Shown here: positions 1-9,823 of the stretch, in pieces
How the letters are laid out: every line of letters starts with the position of its first letter
Numbering within the stretch: the first letter of the stretch is position 1
Origin: a candidate division WOR-3 bacterium
GTDB lineage: Bacteria; Hydrothermota; Hydrothermia; LBFQ01
Direction of reading: 5' to 3'
NCBI GenBank assembly: GCA_039802605.1
Contig: JBDRWW010000011.1
Span: forward strand, 1 to 44,878
Length of the DNA: 44,878 nucleotides
Notes under the pieces: model-generated
Told to the model about the DNA's origin: nothing
Seen by the model: the letters and a program-made list of their open reading frames with translations, nothing else
Databases searched by the model: none
Made by a program: the position numbers and the translations under genes

Positions 1-1
1 T

Positions 2-229
2 ATAGAAAAATCAAGGAAGATAGGTTATAACGAAATAGACGCCCTTGACGAGTATATAAACTCAAAGATTGTTCCGAGGATTAGGGGCATAAGGGAGGAC
101 TTTGTAAAGGATAACGAAAACATCCTTGAAAATATAAGGGGAAAATGTGAAAAATATGGCCTTGTAAAAACCAAAGAATCCATTGAGAAAAAGAAGGAAA
201 TGCTTGAAAGTAGGGGAATAGTTGAATGA
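2..229 (+). CDS. 3' end of a hypothetical protein (truncated by window edge)
   Basis: Frame 2 is open from the edge (IEKSRKIGYNEIDALDEY...LESRGIVE) and ends in TGA, overlapping the next ATG (ATGA at 226-229). Confidence 0.75.
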   Translation: MEKSRKIGYNEIDALDEYINSKIVPRIRGIREDFVKDNENILENIRGKCEKYGLVKTKESIEKKKEMLESRGIVE

Positions 230-873
230 TGTCCGTCTTTGACATATACTACCAAAGATATGACGATTGGTATGAAAAGCCTTTTGGGAAGTCCGTTTTT
301 AAATTGGAGGCGGAGTGTATGCGAAAGGTGTTTAATATCAAGGGGAAAACATTGGAAATAGGTGTTGGCAGTGGTAGGTTTGCAAGGGAGTTGAATATAA
401 CTTTTGGTTTGGATCCTTCAAGGAATTTAATAAAGTTCGCAAAGGATAGGGGGATAAGGGTTGTTATAGGGAAGGCGGAGTATTTACCCTTTAAAGATGG
501 AATTTTTGATGGCGTTCTCATCGTTGTTTCAATATGTTTCTTTGAAGACCCTTTAAGGGCATTAAAGGAGGCCAAAAGGGTTTTAAAGGATAACGGTGTT
601 TTGGCTTTGGGGATGGTTTTGAAGGAAAGCCCTTGGGGTAGATTTTATGAGGAAAAGGGAAAAATGGGAAATCCATTTTACTCATCCGCAAGGTTTTACT
701 GTTTTGAAGATATTAAGAAAATGTTGAAAATTACCGGCTTTTCAATTGAAAGGGTTTATACAACGCTCTTTGAAGAACCACAAGACAAAGAACCCATAAA
801 AAATACGGAAATAAAAGAGGGTTATTATCCACAAGGGGGTTTTCACTGTATCTCAGCCAAACATTCCCCTTAA
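226..873 (+). CDS. Class I SAM-dependent methyltransferase (Methyltransf_11-like)
   Basis: LEIGVGSG motif I, GLDPS, AEYLPF-FD, RVLK-GV. Confidence 0.9.
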   Translation: MMSVFDIYYQRYDDWYEKPFGKSVFKLEAECMRKVFNIKGKTLEIGVGSGRFARELNITFGLDPSRNLIKFAKDRGIRVVIGKAEYLPFKDGIFDGVLIVVSICFFEDPLRALKEAKRVLKDNGVLALGMVLKESPWGRFYEEKGKMGNPFYSSARFYCFEDIKKMLKITGFSIERVYTTLFEEPQDKEPIKNTEIKEGYYPQGGFHCISAKHSP

Positions 874-1773
874 AACGAGTATTGCATTTGAAGGCTTCTC
901 CGCCAATCTACGCATAAAATATGGATACCAATACTCCCCATAGGGTAAATATATCCTCATCCTATAACCCTTGGTCAATATTTCCCTTTGTAATTTCGGC
1001 CTTACACCGTATAACATCTGAAATTCAAATTTATCCTCCGGTATTCCCATTTCCTTCACCCGTTCAATTATGAAGTTTATTATCTTGTCGTCATGAGTTG
1101 CAAATTCCGGGTAAATTTTATCAACCATTTCAAGCATTTTAACGGAGAGTTTTTTAAAGTTTTCGTTTATATCCTTTTTCTTTTGATATGCCACCTCTCG
1201 GGGTTCCTTATAAGCCCCCTTTACAAGGCGTATGTTCATAGGATATTTTGCCAACTCCATTAAAATTTTTTCGCTTTCAAACAGATAAGCCTGTATAACC
1301 GTTCCCACCTTAAAGCCCTCGGAATTCAACTTTAAAACCACATCAACGGTAGAGCGTAATGTCCGGTATTCTTCCATATCAACATTTATGTATATATTCA
1401 AGGAGTTGGCCTTTTGGCAAATCGTTTTCAAGTTTTCGTAAAACAAGTCCCTACTTATCTCCAAACCCAACTGTGAGGGTTTTAGGGAAATTTCCGCCCT
1501 ATCGGAAAAGCCTTTCAACACATCCGCCAATTTCAAGTATTCCTCCATATGTCTTTTTGCCATTTCAACGCTATGAAAGTGTTCCCCGAGGTATGCAACG
1601 GTTAATAAAAACCCCTCCTTTAAAAGCCTTTCAACCGAAAACTTTAAGTCTTGTAGGGTCTCACCCGCCACAAACCTGCGGGAAATCTTCCTGCCAAACC
1701 TGTTGTTGGTTAAAAACCTTTCAAGGGTTTTGTTGTGCGACAATCCTATGAAGAAATCCCGTAATATTGGCAT
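853..1773 (-). CDS. putB: Monofunctional proline dehydrogenase
   Basis: RRFVAGET, ISLKPSQLG, VDME, IQAYL, RLVKGAY, ATHD, EFQMLYG, YFMRRLAE. Confidence 0.95.
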   Translation of the reverse strand: MPILRDFFIGLSHNKTLERFLTNNRFGRKISRRFVAGETLQDLKFSVERLLKEGFLLTVAYLGEHFHSVEMAKRHMEEYLKLADVLKGFSDRAEISLKPSQLGLEISRDLFYENLKTICQKANSLNIYINVDMEEYRTLRSTVDVVLKLNSEGFKVGTVIQAYLFESEKILMELAKYPMNIRLVKGAYKEPREVAYQKKKDINENFKKLSVKMLEMVDKIYPEFATHDDKIINFIIERVKEMGIPEDKFEFQMLYGVRPKLQREILTKGYRMRIYLPYGEYWYPYFMRRLAEKPSNAILVLRGMFG

Positions 1774-1782
1774 AGGCTGGGA

Positions 1783-1794
1783 ATTTTACCCCCG
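1783..1794 (-). promoter_or_regulatory. C-N5-TAnnAT promoter motif of proline dehydrogenase
   Basis: CGGGGG-TAAAAT, 9 nt before the ATG at 1773. Confidence 0.7.
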
Positions 1795-1806
1795 TTAAAA
1801 CTTAAA

Positions 1807-1974
1807 CTATTCAAAATCTTTGAGAGTGAAGGATGAAATAACCGTCGCAAAAAGCACATAAAGTATAAGTATGGAAATTGCTTTCCAAACATTTAAGATA
1901 TTAACATATCCCTTTATGAGTTCTAACAATGCATCAACCACATAATGGAAAGGTAAAAGGTATCCTATTTCATC
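1807..1974 (-). pseudogene. C-terminal remnant of an ABC-2 type permease
   Basis: Manual translation DEIGYLLPFHYVVDALLELIKG...WKAISILILYVLFATVISSFTLKDFE*; no N-terminal part. Confidence 0.7.
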
Positions 1975-2440
1975 CCTTCAAAAGTTCCAAAAGAATACTA
2001 TCAAGGTTATCGTAATCAAAATCCACATATTGCGCGTTTTTGAAGTTAAGATTTTTAAGCATTTCCGCAATTTTGTCCGGACTGTTTGTTGTCTCAAAGG
2101 TTTTCTCTCCTTCCGAAGTTTTAATCTTAATCCTGAATTTACCAAAAGTTAATATATTTCTCGGAGTATCGTATGCCAAAAGTTTCCCACGGTATAGTAT
2201 GGCCAAACGATCACACATTTGGGCCTCTTCCATTAAATGCGAACTCACAAATATGGTCTTTCCCTCGGATTTCAGACGAGCAAGGAAACCTTCCTTTTCA
2301 TTCCCCCAGAGAAAGACCATACGGGGTAATCCGCCTGTTTTCCAACTCTACAAACCTTAAAAAATTCCGTATATTCACGCAAAAAACTCCAAATTTTCCC
2401 TTGCCGTTAAATCTTCGTATAAGGCAAAATCTTGGGGCAA
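1970..2440 (-). pseudogene. Degraded ABC transporter ATP-binding subunit
   Basis: Q-loop LPQDFALYEDLTARENLEFFA* (TGA at 2375-2377), signature FSGGMKRKVSL and H-loop TIFVSSHLMEEA are separated by stops and frameshifts; Walker A and B are absent. Confidence 0.85.
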
Positions 2441-2574
2441 ACTTCATTAGGTGTGATAACCCATTCCTGTAAAGCAACCGCATAAACGCTGTTCCCATAA
2501 GCCTGCCCTTCTAAAACTTCACTCCCAACCAAATTTACCCTCCAAGTGGCAATATACGATATTACCAATACCAT
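2407..2574 (-). pseudogene. 55-aa chimeric ORF: probable N-terminus of an exported protein fused out of frame to the ABC remnant
   Basis: Strong SD AAGGAGGTGA just before ATG 2574; MVLVISYIATWRV...; its last codons overlap the ABC Q-loop in another frame. Confidence 0.5.
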
Positions 2575-2591
2575 ACCTCACCTCCTTTTTA

Positions 2592-2781
2592 TTATCCATC
2601 CTTAAACACGGTAAAATATACCCCCTTGCCTTTTATCCCTTTTACCTCCCTGCCACTTATATCGTATAACTTATACTCCCCACATATGCTTACAACATTC
2701 TCACCTTGAACCCCAGAACGACCCATGCCAACGGGATTACTATACCTTAAACTGTCGGAACTTAGTATTAATAACAAACAT
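2592..2781 (-). pseudogene. Remnant of a secreted protein with a T9SS-like C-terminal tag
   Basis: YKLYDISGREVKGIKGKGVYF; ATG 2781 is one base out of frame with TTG 2777; passenger domain missing. Confidence 0.6.
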
Positions 2782-2792
2782 TTGATTATGCT

Positions 2793-2870
2793 ATTTTAAG
2801 GCTGAACCCTTTTCCCTGTCAAGGAAGTTTTTTACCCATCCAACCGCCGATAAACCAACAACCTTAAAAT
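2793..2870. promoter_or_regulatory. Divergent C-N5-TAnnAT promoter pair
   Basis: Minus: CAGCCT-TAAAAT (2804-2793). Plus: CAACCT-TAAAAT (2859-2870), 8 nt before the gcvPB ATG. Confidence 0.7.
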
Positions 2871-2878
2871 TCCCGGAA

Positions 2879-4312
2879 ATGAAAACAATTTTTGAAAAAC
2901 ACAAGGAGGGATCGTCAAACTACACATTCCCGGAGTTTGAATACGAAGTTGAGATACCCGAAGAATACAAAAGGAAAATCCCTCTTAACCTCGTTGAAGT
3001 TCCGGAAAACGAAGTTGTTAGGCACTATATTAAACTTTCGCAAAAAAATTACGGGGTTGATATAGGCTTTTACCCATTGGGTTCCTGCACGATGAAATAC
3101 AATCCAAAAATAAACGAAGAACTTTCAAGACTTCCCGGCTTTACCCATCTACACCCCCATACACCCGAAAAACTCGCCCAAGGGGCCTTGGAGGTTATGT
3201 ACGAACTCCAAGAGATCTTAAAGGAACTTACGGGTATGGATGCGGCAACGCTTCAACCGAGTGCCGGGGCTCAGGGGGAATTGACGGGAATACTAATAAT
3301 AAAGGCGTATTTGAAGGATAAGGGACAGGGGCACAGGGATGAGGTTTTAATACCCGATTCTGCGCATGGAACAAATCCGGCAACCGCATCTATGGCCGGC
3401 TTTAAGGCAGTTGAAGTGAAATCCGATAAGGACGGTCTTTTATCCGTTGAAGATTTAAAGGGGAAACTTTCGGATAGGACGGTTGGCCTAATGATTACAA
3501 ACCCAAACACCTTGGGGCTTTATGAGAGGAGGATAAGGGAGATATGCGATTTGGTTCATAAGGCGGGGGGGCAGGTTTATATGGATGGTGCAAACTTTAA
3601 TGCCCTAATGGGTTGGATAAAACCGGGGGATACGGGTGTTGATGTCATACACCTAAACCTTCATAAAACTTTTTCCGTTCCCCACGGTGGAGGCGGTCCT
3701 GGGGCTGGTGCCCTTTTGGTTAAGGGGCATTTAAAGGATTACTTACCCGTTCCCGTTGTTGAAAAATCCGAAAACGGATATTATTTCAATTGGGATCTGC
3801 CAAAGAGCATAGGGAAGGTTCATACATTTTACGGGCATTTCTTGGCATTCATAAGGGCTTATGCTTATATACTCTCAATGGGTAGTGAGGGTTTGAGAAA
3901 GGCGGCGGGGGATGCGGTATTAAACGCAAACTATTTAAAACACCTTTTGGAAAAGGACTTTAAGGTTGCATACCCTTCCGTTTGCATGCACGAATTCGTA
4001 ATAACCGCCAAACCAATAAAGGACGAAACGGGCGTTAGGGCTTTGGATATAGCAAAGAGGATTTTGGATTATGGAATGCACGCACCAACGGTATATTTCC
4101 CCTTAATAGTTCCGGAGGCCTTAATGATTGAACCAACGGAAACGGAAACAAAGGAGACCCTTGAAGATTTCGCCAAAATTATGAAAAAAATAAAGGAAGA
4201 GGCGTACAACGATCCCGAAAAGGTTAAAAACGCACCATACAATACACCGGTTAGGAGACTTGACGAGGCTAAGGCCGCAAAAGAATTAAAGGTTTCGTTT
4301 TTTGAAGGATGA
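2879..4312 (+). CDS. gcvPB: Glycine dehydrogenase (decarboxylating) subunit 2
   Basis: YPLGSCTMKYNP, SAHGTNPAT, HLNLHKTF (PLP lysine), PHGGGGPG, IEPTETE. Confidence 0.97.
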   Translation: MKTIFEKHKEGSSNYTFPEFEYEVEIPEEYKRKIPLNLVEVPENEVVRHYIKLSQKNYGVDIGFYPLGSCTMKYNPKINEELSRLPGFTHLHPHTPEKLAQGALEVMYELQEILKELTGMDAATLQPSAGAQGELTGILIIKAYLKDKGQGHRDEVLIPDSAHGTNPATASMAGFKAVEVKSDKDGLLSVEDLKGKLSDRTVGLMITNPNTLGLYERRIREICDLVHKAGGQVYMDGANFNALMGWIKPGDTGVDVIHLNLHKTFSVPHGGGGPGAGALLVKGHLKDYLPVPVVEKSENGYYFNWDLPKSIGKVHTFYGHFLAFIRAYAYILSMGSEGLRKAAGDAVLNANYLKHLLEKDFKVAYPSVCMHEFVITAKPIKDETGVRALDIAKRILDYGMHAPTVYFPLIVPEALMIEPTETETKETLEDFAKIMKKIKEEAYNDPEKVKNAPYNTPVRRLDEAKAAKELKVSFFEG

Positions 4313-4743
4313 AGATAGCCATAGGCTGCGACCATAGGGGTTTTAGGTTAAAGGAGTTTTTAAAGGAAAAGTTATCAAAGGATTACGAGGTTTTGGATTT
4401 TGGAACATTTTCCGAGGAAAGTACCCACTACCCAATATACGCGCATAAGGTTGCGTCGGCGGTTTCGAAAGGTGAGGCGGATTACGGTGTTTTGATATGC
4501 GCAACCGGTATAGGTATGAGCATAGCGGCGAATAAGGTTAAAGGTGTTAGGGCCGCGCATGTTTGTAGCGACGAACTCGTTGAACTTTCAAGGAAACACA
4601 ACGACGCAAATGTTATATGCTTTGGTAGTTTATATACGGATGGAGAAACGGCATTAAGGTGGGTTAAAATCTTTATATCAACCGAATTTGAAGGTGGAAG
4701 GCATTTAGAAAGGGTAAGGATGCTGGAAAATGTTCCCCATTAG
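4309..4743 (+). CDS. rpiB: Ribose-5-phosphate isomerase B
   Basis: GCDHRG, ICATGIG, AANKVKGVRAA, HNDANV, FEGGRH. Confidence 0.95.
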   Translation: MKIAIGCDHRGFRLKEFLKEKLSKDYEVLDFGTFSEESTHYPIYAHKVASAVSKGEADYGVLICATGIGMSIAANKVKGVRAAHVCSDELVELSRKHNDANVICFGSLYTDGETALRWVKIFISTEFEGGRHLERVRMLENVPH

Positions 4744-5371
4744 CGACGACATACCTTCAAAGAGAAAACCCTTTGTAATGTGGATTTTTATAATAATTTG
4801 CGTTATGGTTTTCCTCATACAAACCGAAGGGATAACACAAATGTTTGGGTTTATACCCGTTAAATTTTGGTTTAGGGGTGAATGGATACAAACAATAACA
4901 TACATATTTCTACACGGAAACCTGTTCCACCTTTTGGGTAATATGTACTACCTATACATCTTTGGGGATAACGTTGAGGATAAACTTGGAAGGTTTGGTT
5001 TTGCCCTATTGTTCATACTATCCGGTATAGGAGGGGCTTTATTGCACGGGATATTCTACCCATACTCCCACATACCCCTTGTTGGGGCCTCGGGGGCGAT
5101 TTCCGGAGTCCTTTCGGCCTATATGATAATGTTTCCGACGGCGGGGATATACACATATGTTTTTTGGTATCTCGTTAAAGTACCGGCGATAATCTTCATA
5201 GGGTTTTGGGTGGTTATGAATTACATTTATGCCTTATCCGGCGTAGAGGTTGGGGTTGCGTGGTGGGCCCATATAGGGGGATTTTTAGTGGGGATTCCGT
5301 TTGGGGTCATAGGAAGGTTAAAGATGTTTTTACAGGGGGAAGGAGATGAGGATATACAACTCTTTACTTGA
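4730..5371 (+). CDS. Rhomboid intramembrane serine protease
   Basis: FLHG-FHLLGNM, GASGAISG, AHIGG. Confidence 0.93.
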   Translation: MFPISDDIPSKRKPFVMWIFIIICVMVFLIQTEGITQMFGFIPVKFWFRGEWIQTITYIFLHGNLFHLLGNMYYLYIFGDNVEDKLGRFGFALLFILSGIGGALLHGIFYPYSHIPLVGASGAISGVLSAYMIMFPTAGIYTYVFWYLVKVPAIIFIGFWVVMNYIYALSGVEVGVAWWAHIGGFLVGIPFGVIGRLKMFLQGEGDEDIQLFT

Positions 5372-6311
5372 TTTGATAGGTAAAACCCCTCTTGTTAAAA
5401 CGAGACTTTTTAAGGGTTTCAAAGCGGAGGTGGTGCTAAAATTGGAATCCTTTAACCCCATGGGTAGTGTAAAGGATAGGATAGCAATTCAAATGGTTGA
5501 GGATGCGGAGAGGGAGGGGAAGTTAAAACCCGGAATGTTGGTAGTTGAATCCACATCGGGGAATACCGGGGCGGGTTTGGCCCTCGTTTGCCTATTAAAG
5601 GGTTATAAGTGCGTTTTAACCGTTCCGGACAAGGTTTCCAAAGAAAAGATTGACCTCTTGAAGGCCTTGGGTGCGGAGGTTGTAATATGCCCGACAAATG
5701 TACCGCCTGAATCCCCCGAAAGTTATTACTCCGTTGCCAAAAGGATAGCGGAGGAAAGGGGAGGTTTGTACATAAACCAATACGAAAACCCTTCAAACCC
5801 AAAGGCCCACTATTTAACAACCGGTCCTGAAATATGGGAAGATACCGATGGTAAAGTTGATGTAGTAGTTGCGGGAATAGGAACGGGCGGGACTTTAACG
5901 GGTGTGGCAAAGTTTTTAAAGGAGAAGAAACCTTCCGTTGAATCCATTGCGGCCGACCCCGAAGGTTCCGTTTATTACGATTACTTCTATAAGGGTCATT
6001 GGGAGGAGGCCCATCAGTATTTGATTGAAGGTATTGGGGAGGATTTTATACCCTCAACCATAGACTTTAAATACATTGACAGGATTTACAGGATTACGGA
6101 TGAGGAGGCTTACGATTGGGCGAGAAAGTTGGCCAAGGTTGATGGTATATTATCGGGAAGCTCTGCGGGTGCGGCCCTTTGTGCCACATACAAATACCTT
6201 TTGGAAAACGATGGAAATAAACTCATAGTCGTAATTATACCCGACAGCGGTTTTAGATACCTATCAAAGGTTTTCAACGAGGATTGGTTAAGGCAAAAGG
6301 GTCTTTTGTGA
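5346..6311 (+). CDS. PLP-dependent cysteine synthase / cystathionine beta-synthase family protein
   Basis: GSVKDR, STSGNTG, GTGGT, IEGIGEDF (CBS-like); no C-terminal CBS domains. Confidence 0.9.
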   Translation: MRIYNSLLDLIGKTPLVKTRLFKGFKAEVVLKLESFNPMGSVKDRIAIQMVEDAEREGKLKPGMLVVESTSGNTGAGLALVCLLKGYKCVLTVPDKVSKEKIDLLKALGAEVVICPTNVPPESPESYYSVAKRIAEERGGLYINQYENPSNPKAHYLTTGPEIWEDTDGKVDVVVAGIGTGGTLTGVAKFLKEKKPSVESIAADPEGSVYYDYFYKGHWEEAHQYLIEGIGEDFIPSTIDFKYIDRIYRITDEEAYDWARKLAKVDGILSGSSAGAALCATYKYLLENDGNKLIVVIIPDSGFRYLSKVFNEDWLRQKGLL

Positions 6312-7040
6312 TCACCTGATAAAGTGTTCCAACCCTTTGGACTTTAAAAGGGATATAAGGTTTTGTGTGTTTTTATCCGATGGATAACCGCTAAACTTGG
6401 GTATTTTATCCCCAAAACCCAAAAAACGGTTTAAAGAAAGCATTTCCAACTCCCTGAAATACTTGGCAAACAGGGAAGCGAGTGCCACCTCTTTATACCT
6501 TTTATCCGCCCCCCTTTCAAATCTTAAAATTTTTGCACCCTTTTTATAAATACCCTTTTCCAAAACCTCCCAACCCTTCAAAAACCTCCCGTAATCCCTA
6601 AAACCCCCCGCCAACCCCGCTATAACGGTATTCCCCTTTAACCCATCCGCTATTTTGCAAATTGCCTTTGCATCCTCTACAAACCTGTTCTTCCTCAATT
6701 TAAAGGCCTCCAACCTCATCGGAACCAGGTTTATAACCTCAAATGGGAGTTGTAATATTTTTCCACCGAAAGCCGGAATCTCAACATTTTTAAAAATTTC
6801 ATCGGCTTTTCCGAAAACTTTTAAGAACAGATCGTATGAGTTGTCAAATCTATACCCCATGCGTGCAAAGGAGGATAAAACCAAACTCTCCGCATAAGAA
6901 TAACCCTTTATGTCCCTCCTGAAAACCTCCTTACTCTCCTTTAAACCGCTTAAATCCCCGATCACATCAACCCCGACTACGAACAGGGAACCAATTTTTG
7001 GGCCGAGGCCGGCCTCATCTATTCCCGAAAAAATCATCAT
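6312..7040 (-). CDS. rnhB: Divergent ribonuclease HII family protein
   Basis: GIDEAG-GP--G, ESK, AD--Y-EVALASLFAK--R, SGYPSD; start placed at MMIFSG (7040). Confidence 0.7.
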   Translation of the reverse strand: MMIFSGIDEAGLGPKIGSLFVVGVDVIGDLSGLKESKEVFRRDIKGYSYAESLVLSSFARMGYRFDNSYDLFLKVFGKADEIFKNVEIPAFGGKILQLPFEVINLVPMRLEAFKLRKNRFVEDAKAICKIADGLKGNTVIAGLAGGFRDYGRFLKGWEVLEKGIYKKGAKILRFERGADKRYKEVALASLFAKYFRELEMLSLNRFLGFGDKIPKFSGYPSDKNTQNLISLLKSKGLEHFIR

Positions 7041-7800
7041 ATTTTGGGTCCATATACTTTTCAACCGCTCTGGAATAGTTTTCCAAAAGTTCCCTCCACC
7101 TTTCCCTATTTATAACCTTTGCAAAGGCATAAGAGCCGTAAATCTGGCCGGCATGAAAGGCCACCCCAACGCCAAACGAGGCATAAGCGGGAATATCCCT
7201 CTTCTCCCTAAACTTATAATAAAAACCCAAAACATAAAATGTTCCAACCATAAAGGCACCCATAAGGGCGGTTCCCCTATCCCCAAGCCAGTACCTACCA
7301 AAACCGGGAATTATTGATAAAAAGGCCGCTTTTTTGGGAGATTTTAAGTCGGGGTCGTAAATGTATCTTTCCAAAACCGTCCCCGCAACCACCCTTTTCG
7401 CCTCCTTCCAATCCCCTTCCTGCAACCTCATCCAAGCGACTAAGGATTTCTTTTGAACGGAATTATCCGGCATTTTTGAAAGTTCCTCATAAAATTTAAA
7501 GGTATCCCCCTTATAAAGGTATATCTTCGCCAATTCGTAATGAGCCCAAACCTTTCCCCTTTTGTTTTCCACAATGTGCCTTTTAAAAATCTCCTCCGCA
7601 AAGTCCAATAGATTTGCTAGTTTATAAGAATATCCGGCCATAAAGTGCGCGTAATCAACGGAATCGCTGTTTGGGAAAAGCGTAATAAACCTCAAAAATT
7701 CAAGGGCGGCTTCCCTATATTTCCCTTCCGAATACAATTCCTCCGCAAAGGAAAAAACCTGCTGGGGATATATTTCAACCTGAAATACAAGCCAAATCAT
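7015..7800 (-). CDS. TPR (BamD/YfiO-like) protein with C-terminal membrane segment
   Basis: FAEELYSEGKYREAALEFLRFITLFPNS; KSPKKAAFLSIIPGFG. Start moved to ATG 7800 because the longer ORF overlaps rnpB and a promoter motif lies 8 nt upstream. Confidence 0.8.
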   Translation of the reverse strand: MIWLVFQVEIYPQQVFSFAEELYSEGKYREAALEFLRFITLFPNSDSVDYAHFMAGYSYKLANLLDFAEEIFKRHIVENKRGKVWAHYELAKIYLYKGDTFKFYEELSKMPDNSVQKKSLVAWMRLQEGDWKEAKRVVAGTVLERYIYDPDLKSPKKAAFLSIIPGFGRYWLGDRGTALMGAFMVGTFYVLGFYYKFREKRDIPAYASFGVGVAFHAGQIYGSYAFAKVINRERWRELLENYSRAVEKYMDPKYDDFFGNR

Positions 7801-7808
7801 TGGCGGAA

Positions 7809-7856
7809 ATTCTAATCCCGATTGATGTTCATTATCGGATTTTTCAACTTTATAAT
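7809..7856. promoter_or_regulatory. Divergent promoter pair for the TPR gene and rnpB
   Basis: Minus: CGGGAT-TAGAAT (7820-7809). Plus: CAACTT-TATAAT (7845-7856). Confidence 0.75.
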
Positions 7857-7862
7857 ATAAAC

Positions 7863-8268
7863 TCGGGTGTGTGCCGGCGGTCGCCCCTAATAGGGGAGGA
7901 AAGTCCGGGCTCCAAAGGGCAGGGCGCCGGGTAATACCCGGGGTGGGGCAAAACCCCACACGGTAAGGGCCTCAGAAACAAGACCGCCGAAGGCCCTTTA
8001 AGGGCCAGGCAAGGGTGAAAGGGTGGGGTAAGGGCCCACCGGCTCCGCAGTAATGCGGGGTGAGGGGGTGAAATGCCCCCGGCCGGGTGAGTCCCGGCTC
8101 AGGTAACCGCCCGCCCGGAGCAAGGCCAAGCAGCGCCGCTCCCCGTAATGGGATAAGGTGGCCCGCCGAAATGCGGCGCGGGTAGGCCGCTAAGGAGTCC
8201 GTGGGGTAACCCACGGGCCAAGATAGATGACCGCCGCATACAGAACCCGGCTTATGGCACACACCCGA
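7863..8268 (+). ncRNA. rnpB: RNase P RNA, bacterial type A
   Basis: GAGGAAAGTCCGGGCTC, GGGTGAAAGGGTG-GGTAAG, GGAGCAAGGCCAA, AGATAGATGACC, ACAGAACCCGGCTTA; P1 pairs TCGGGTGTGTGCC with GGCACACACCCGA. Confidence 0.98.
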
Positions 8269-8295
8269 TTTATTTGAAAGCATCGGAAATTTTAT

Positions 8296-8307
8296 CTAAG
8301 TTATAAT
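8296..8307 (+). promoter_or_regulatory. Promoter motif of the yjbQ-like gene
   Basis: CTAAGT-TATAAT, 8 nt before GTG 8316. Confidence 0.7.
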
Positions 8308-8315
8308 ATTCTCTT

Positions 8316-8729
8316 GTGAAGGCATATACGAAATATTTATGGTTTAACACTCCGGAGAAGAGGGCGATAATAAGGATTACGGATGAGGTTGAAAAAGCCG
8401 TTGAGGAATCCGGTATAAAGGAGGGTTTGTGCTTGGTTTCGTCAATGCACTTAACGGCGAGCGTGATAGTTCAGGATAACGAACCCGGATTACATAAGGA
8501 TATATGGGAGTGGCTTGAAAAATTGGCACCTTTCAGGTATGACTATCACCACCACCATACAGGTGAAACAAATGGGGATGCACATTTAAAAAACCTACTG
8601 GTACATTTACAGGTTATATTACCCATAACCAACGGAAAGTTAGACCTCGGGCCCTGGCAGGAAATATTCTATGTGGAGTTTGATGGGCAAAGGAGAAAAA
8701 GGGCAATAATTAAAATCATAGGGGAATGA
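8316..8729 (+). CDS. yjbQ: YjbQ/UPF0047 family protein
   Basis: [26 protein letters not shown]. Confidence 0.93.
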   Translation: MKAYTKYLWFNTPEKRAIIRITDEVEKAVEESGIKEGLCLVSSMHLTASVIVQDNEPGLHKDIWEWLEKLAPFRYDYHHHHTGETNGDAHLKNLLVHLQVILPITNGKLDLGPWQEIFYVEFDGQRRKRAIIKIIGE

Positions 8730-9823
8730 AACGGACGGGGGATATAAGGAACTTTCTTGAAGCCGTTGAAGCCAGTGCGAGGATGGGTAGTCAGTATATT
8801 TGGAAGGTTAGTATCGAACTTCCAGATAGGGAAGGGGAGGGATATGTTATGGGTGGAAAACTCATATATTTGAAAATTGGGGATTTAAAGGGAAACGAGG
8901 CCTTAAAGGCTTTAAGGAAATACGACAGATTTGCGTATTCAATTGAGATTTTTAACGGTTATGTTCCGGAAATCCACGACATAGACATTTTGGAATTGTA
9001 CCATGAGGAACTTTCCCCGATGTTTTCTAGATTACCCATTACAACGGTTAAGGGAAATTTTGTTGATATACTTATGGAATTAGAGGAAAGAGGCTTTAAC
9101 GGTATTATATCTTTTTCGGATAGGGAAGGTAGGGGATATATAGGAACCGTATGCGGAGGGAGGTTATGCGGAATAAGGTACTTGGGTGTTTTGGGTTCAA
9201 CATCAACAATCCTTCAAAATATACGGGAACTTTCCACGGATTTTTACCTACTGGAATTCAAATACCTTGATAAGATTTCGGGTTTTATATACGGTTTAAA
9301 GGATATAGTTGATTCTCCGGCGGGTCAATGGAATGCCCAAAAGTTAAAAAGGATAAACGGCACGGTTGAAGTCACTAGGGGCACAAATAGGATTCTCGTT
9401 ATATCCGATGGAAGCAATGTAATTACCATTTTCGGTTTAAGCATTCCCCCTTCTTTCGGGGAGGATATTATTCCCCTTATATTTCAAAGGGGGAACCTTA
9501 TAAACACATATCCCGCTACGGAGCCAAAACCTATATTTGAATATACCTTCAAGGAAGCCCGGACAATTACAAATATATTCTCATCCTTGGTATCGGAATC
9601 CAGAAAAATCGTCGGCGAAATCGTTTTTAAGCGTGCAGCCGATAAGGTTTTAAATTATTACCTACCCCCCAAGCCCTACCCCGATGATATCGTTAATACA
9701 TTAAAGTCCATTTTCTCCATTTACGAAAAGGAGATTTCGGCGTTTACCGGGAAAAAATGGAAGGAGAAAAAGGCCAGTATCCTATCGGAGTATCCGGAGC
9801 GCTTGGTTAAACTTTTTGGATAA
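8726..9823 (+). CDS. Hypothetical protein with DUF4388/PATAN-like repeats
   Basis: [19 protein letters not shown], then [14 protein letters not shown]; helical C-terminus. Confidence 0.55.
   Translation: MKRTGDIRNFLEAVEASARMGSQYIWKVSIELPDREGEGYVMGGKLIYLKIGDLKGNEALKALRKYDRFAYSIEIFNGYVPEIHDIDILELYHEELSPMFSRLPITTVKGNFVDILMELEERGFNGIISFSDREGRGYIGTVCGGRLCGIRYLGVLGSTSTILQNIRELSTDFYLLEFKYLDKISGFIYGLKDIVDSPAGQWNAQKLKRINGTVEVTRGTNRILVISDGSNVITIFGLSIPPSFGEDIIPLIFQRGNLINTYPATEPKPIFEYTFKEARTITNIFSSLVSESRKIVGEIVFKRAADKVLNYYLPPKPYPDDIVNTLKSIFSIYEKEISAFTGKKWKEKKASILSEYPERLVKLFG

Noticed and set aside
1827..1980. 14-bp imperfect inverted repeat (TGAAGGATGAAATA / TATTTCATCCCTTCA) as MITE ends
   Set aside because: One arm lies inside permease-coding sequence; there is no target duplication and no other copy.
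2375..2377. In-frame TGA in the ABC remnant as selenocysteine or recoding
   Set aside because: It is surrounded by frameshifts and deletions, and TGA is an ordinary stop elsewhere in the window.
7801..8283. ORF 7972-8283 and the N-terminal extension of ORF 7015-7959
   Set aside because: Both are antisense to the GC-rich rnpB and are open by chance.
8544..8560. His run (YHHHH) in YjbQ
   Set aside because: It falls in the family's usual Y-H motif region and is not a separate signal.
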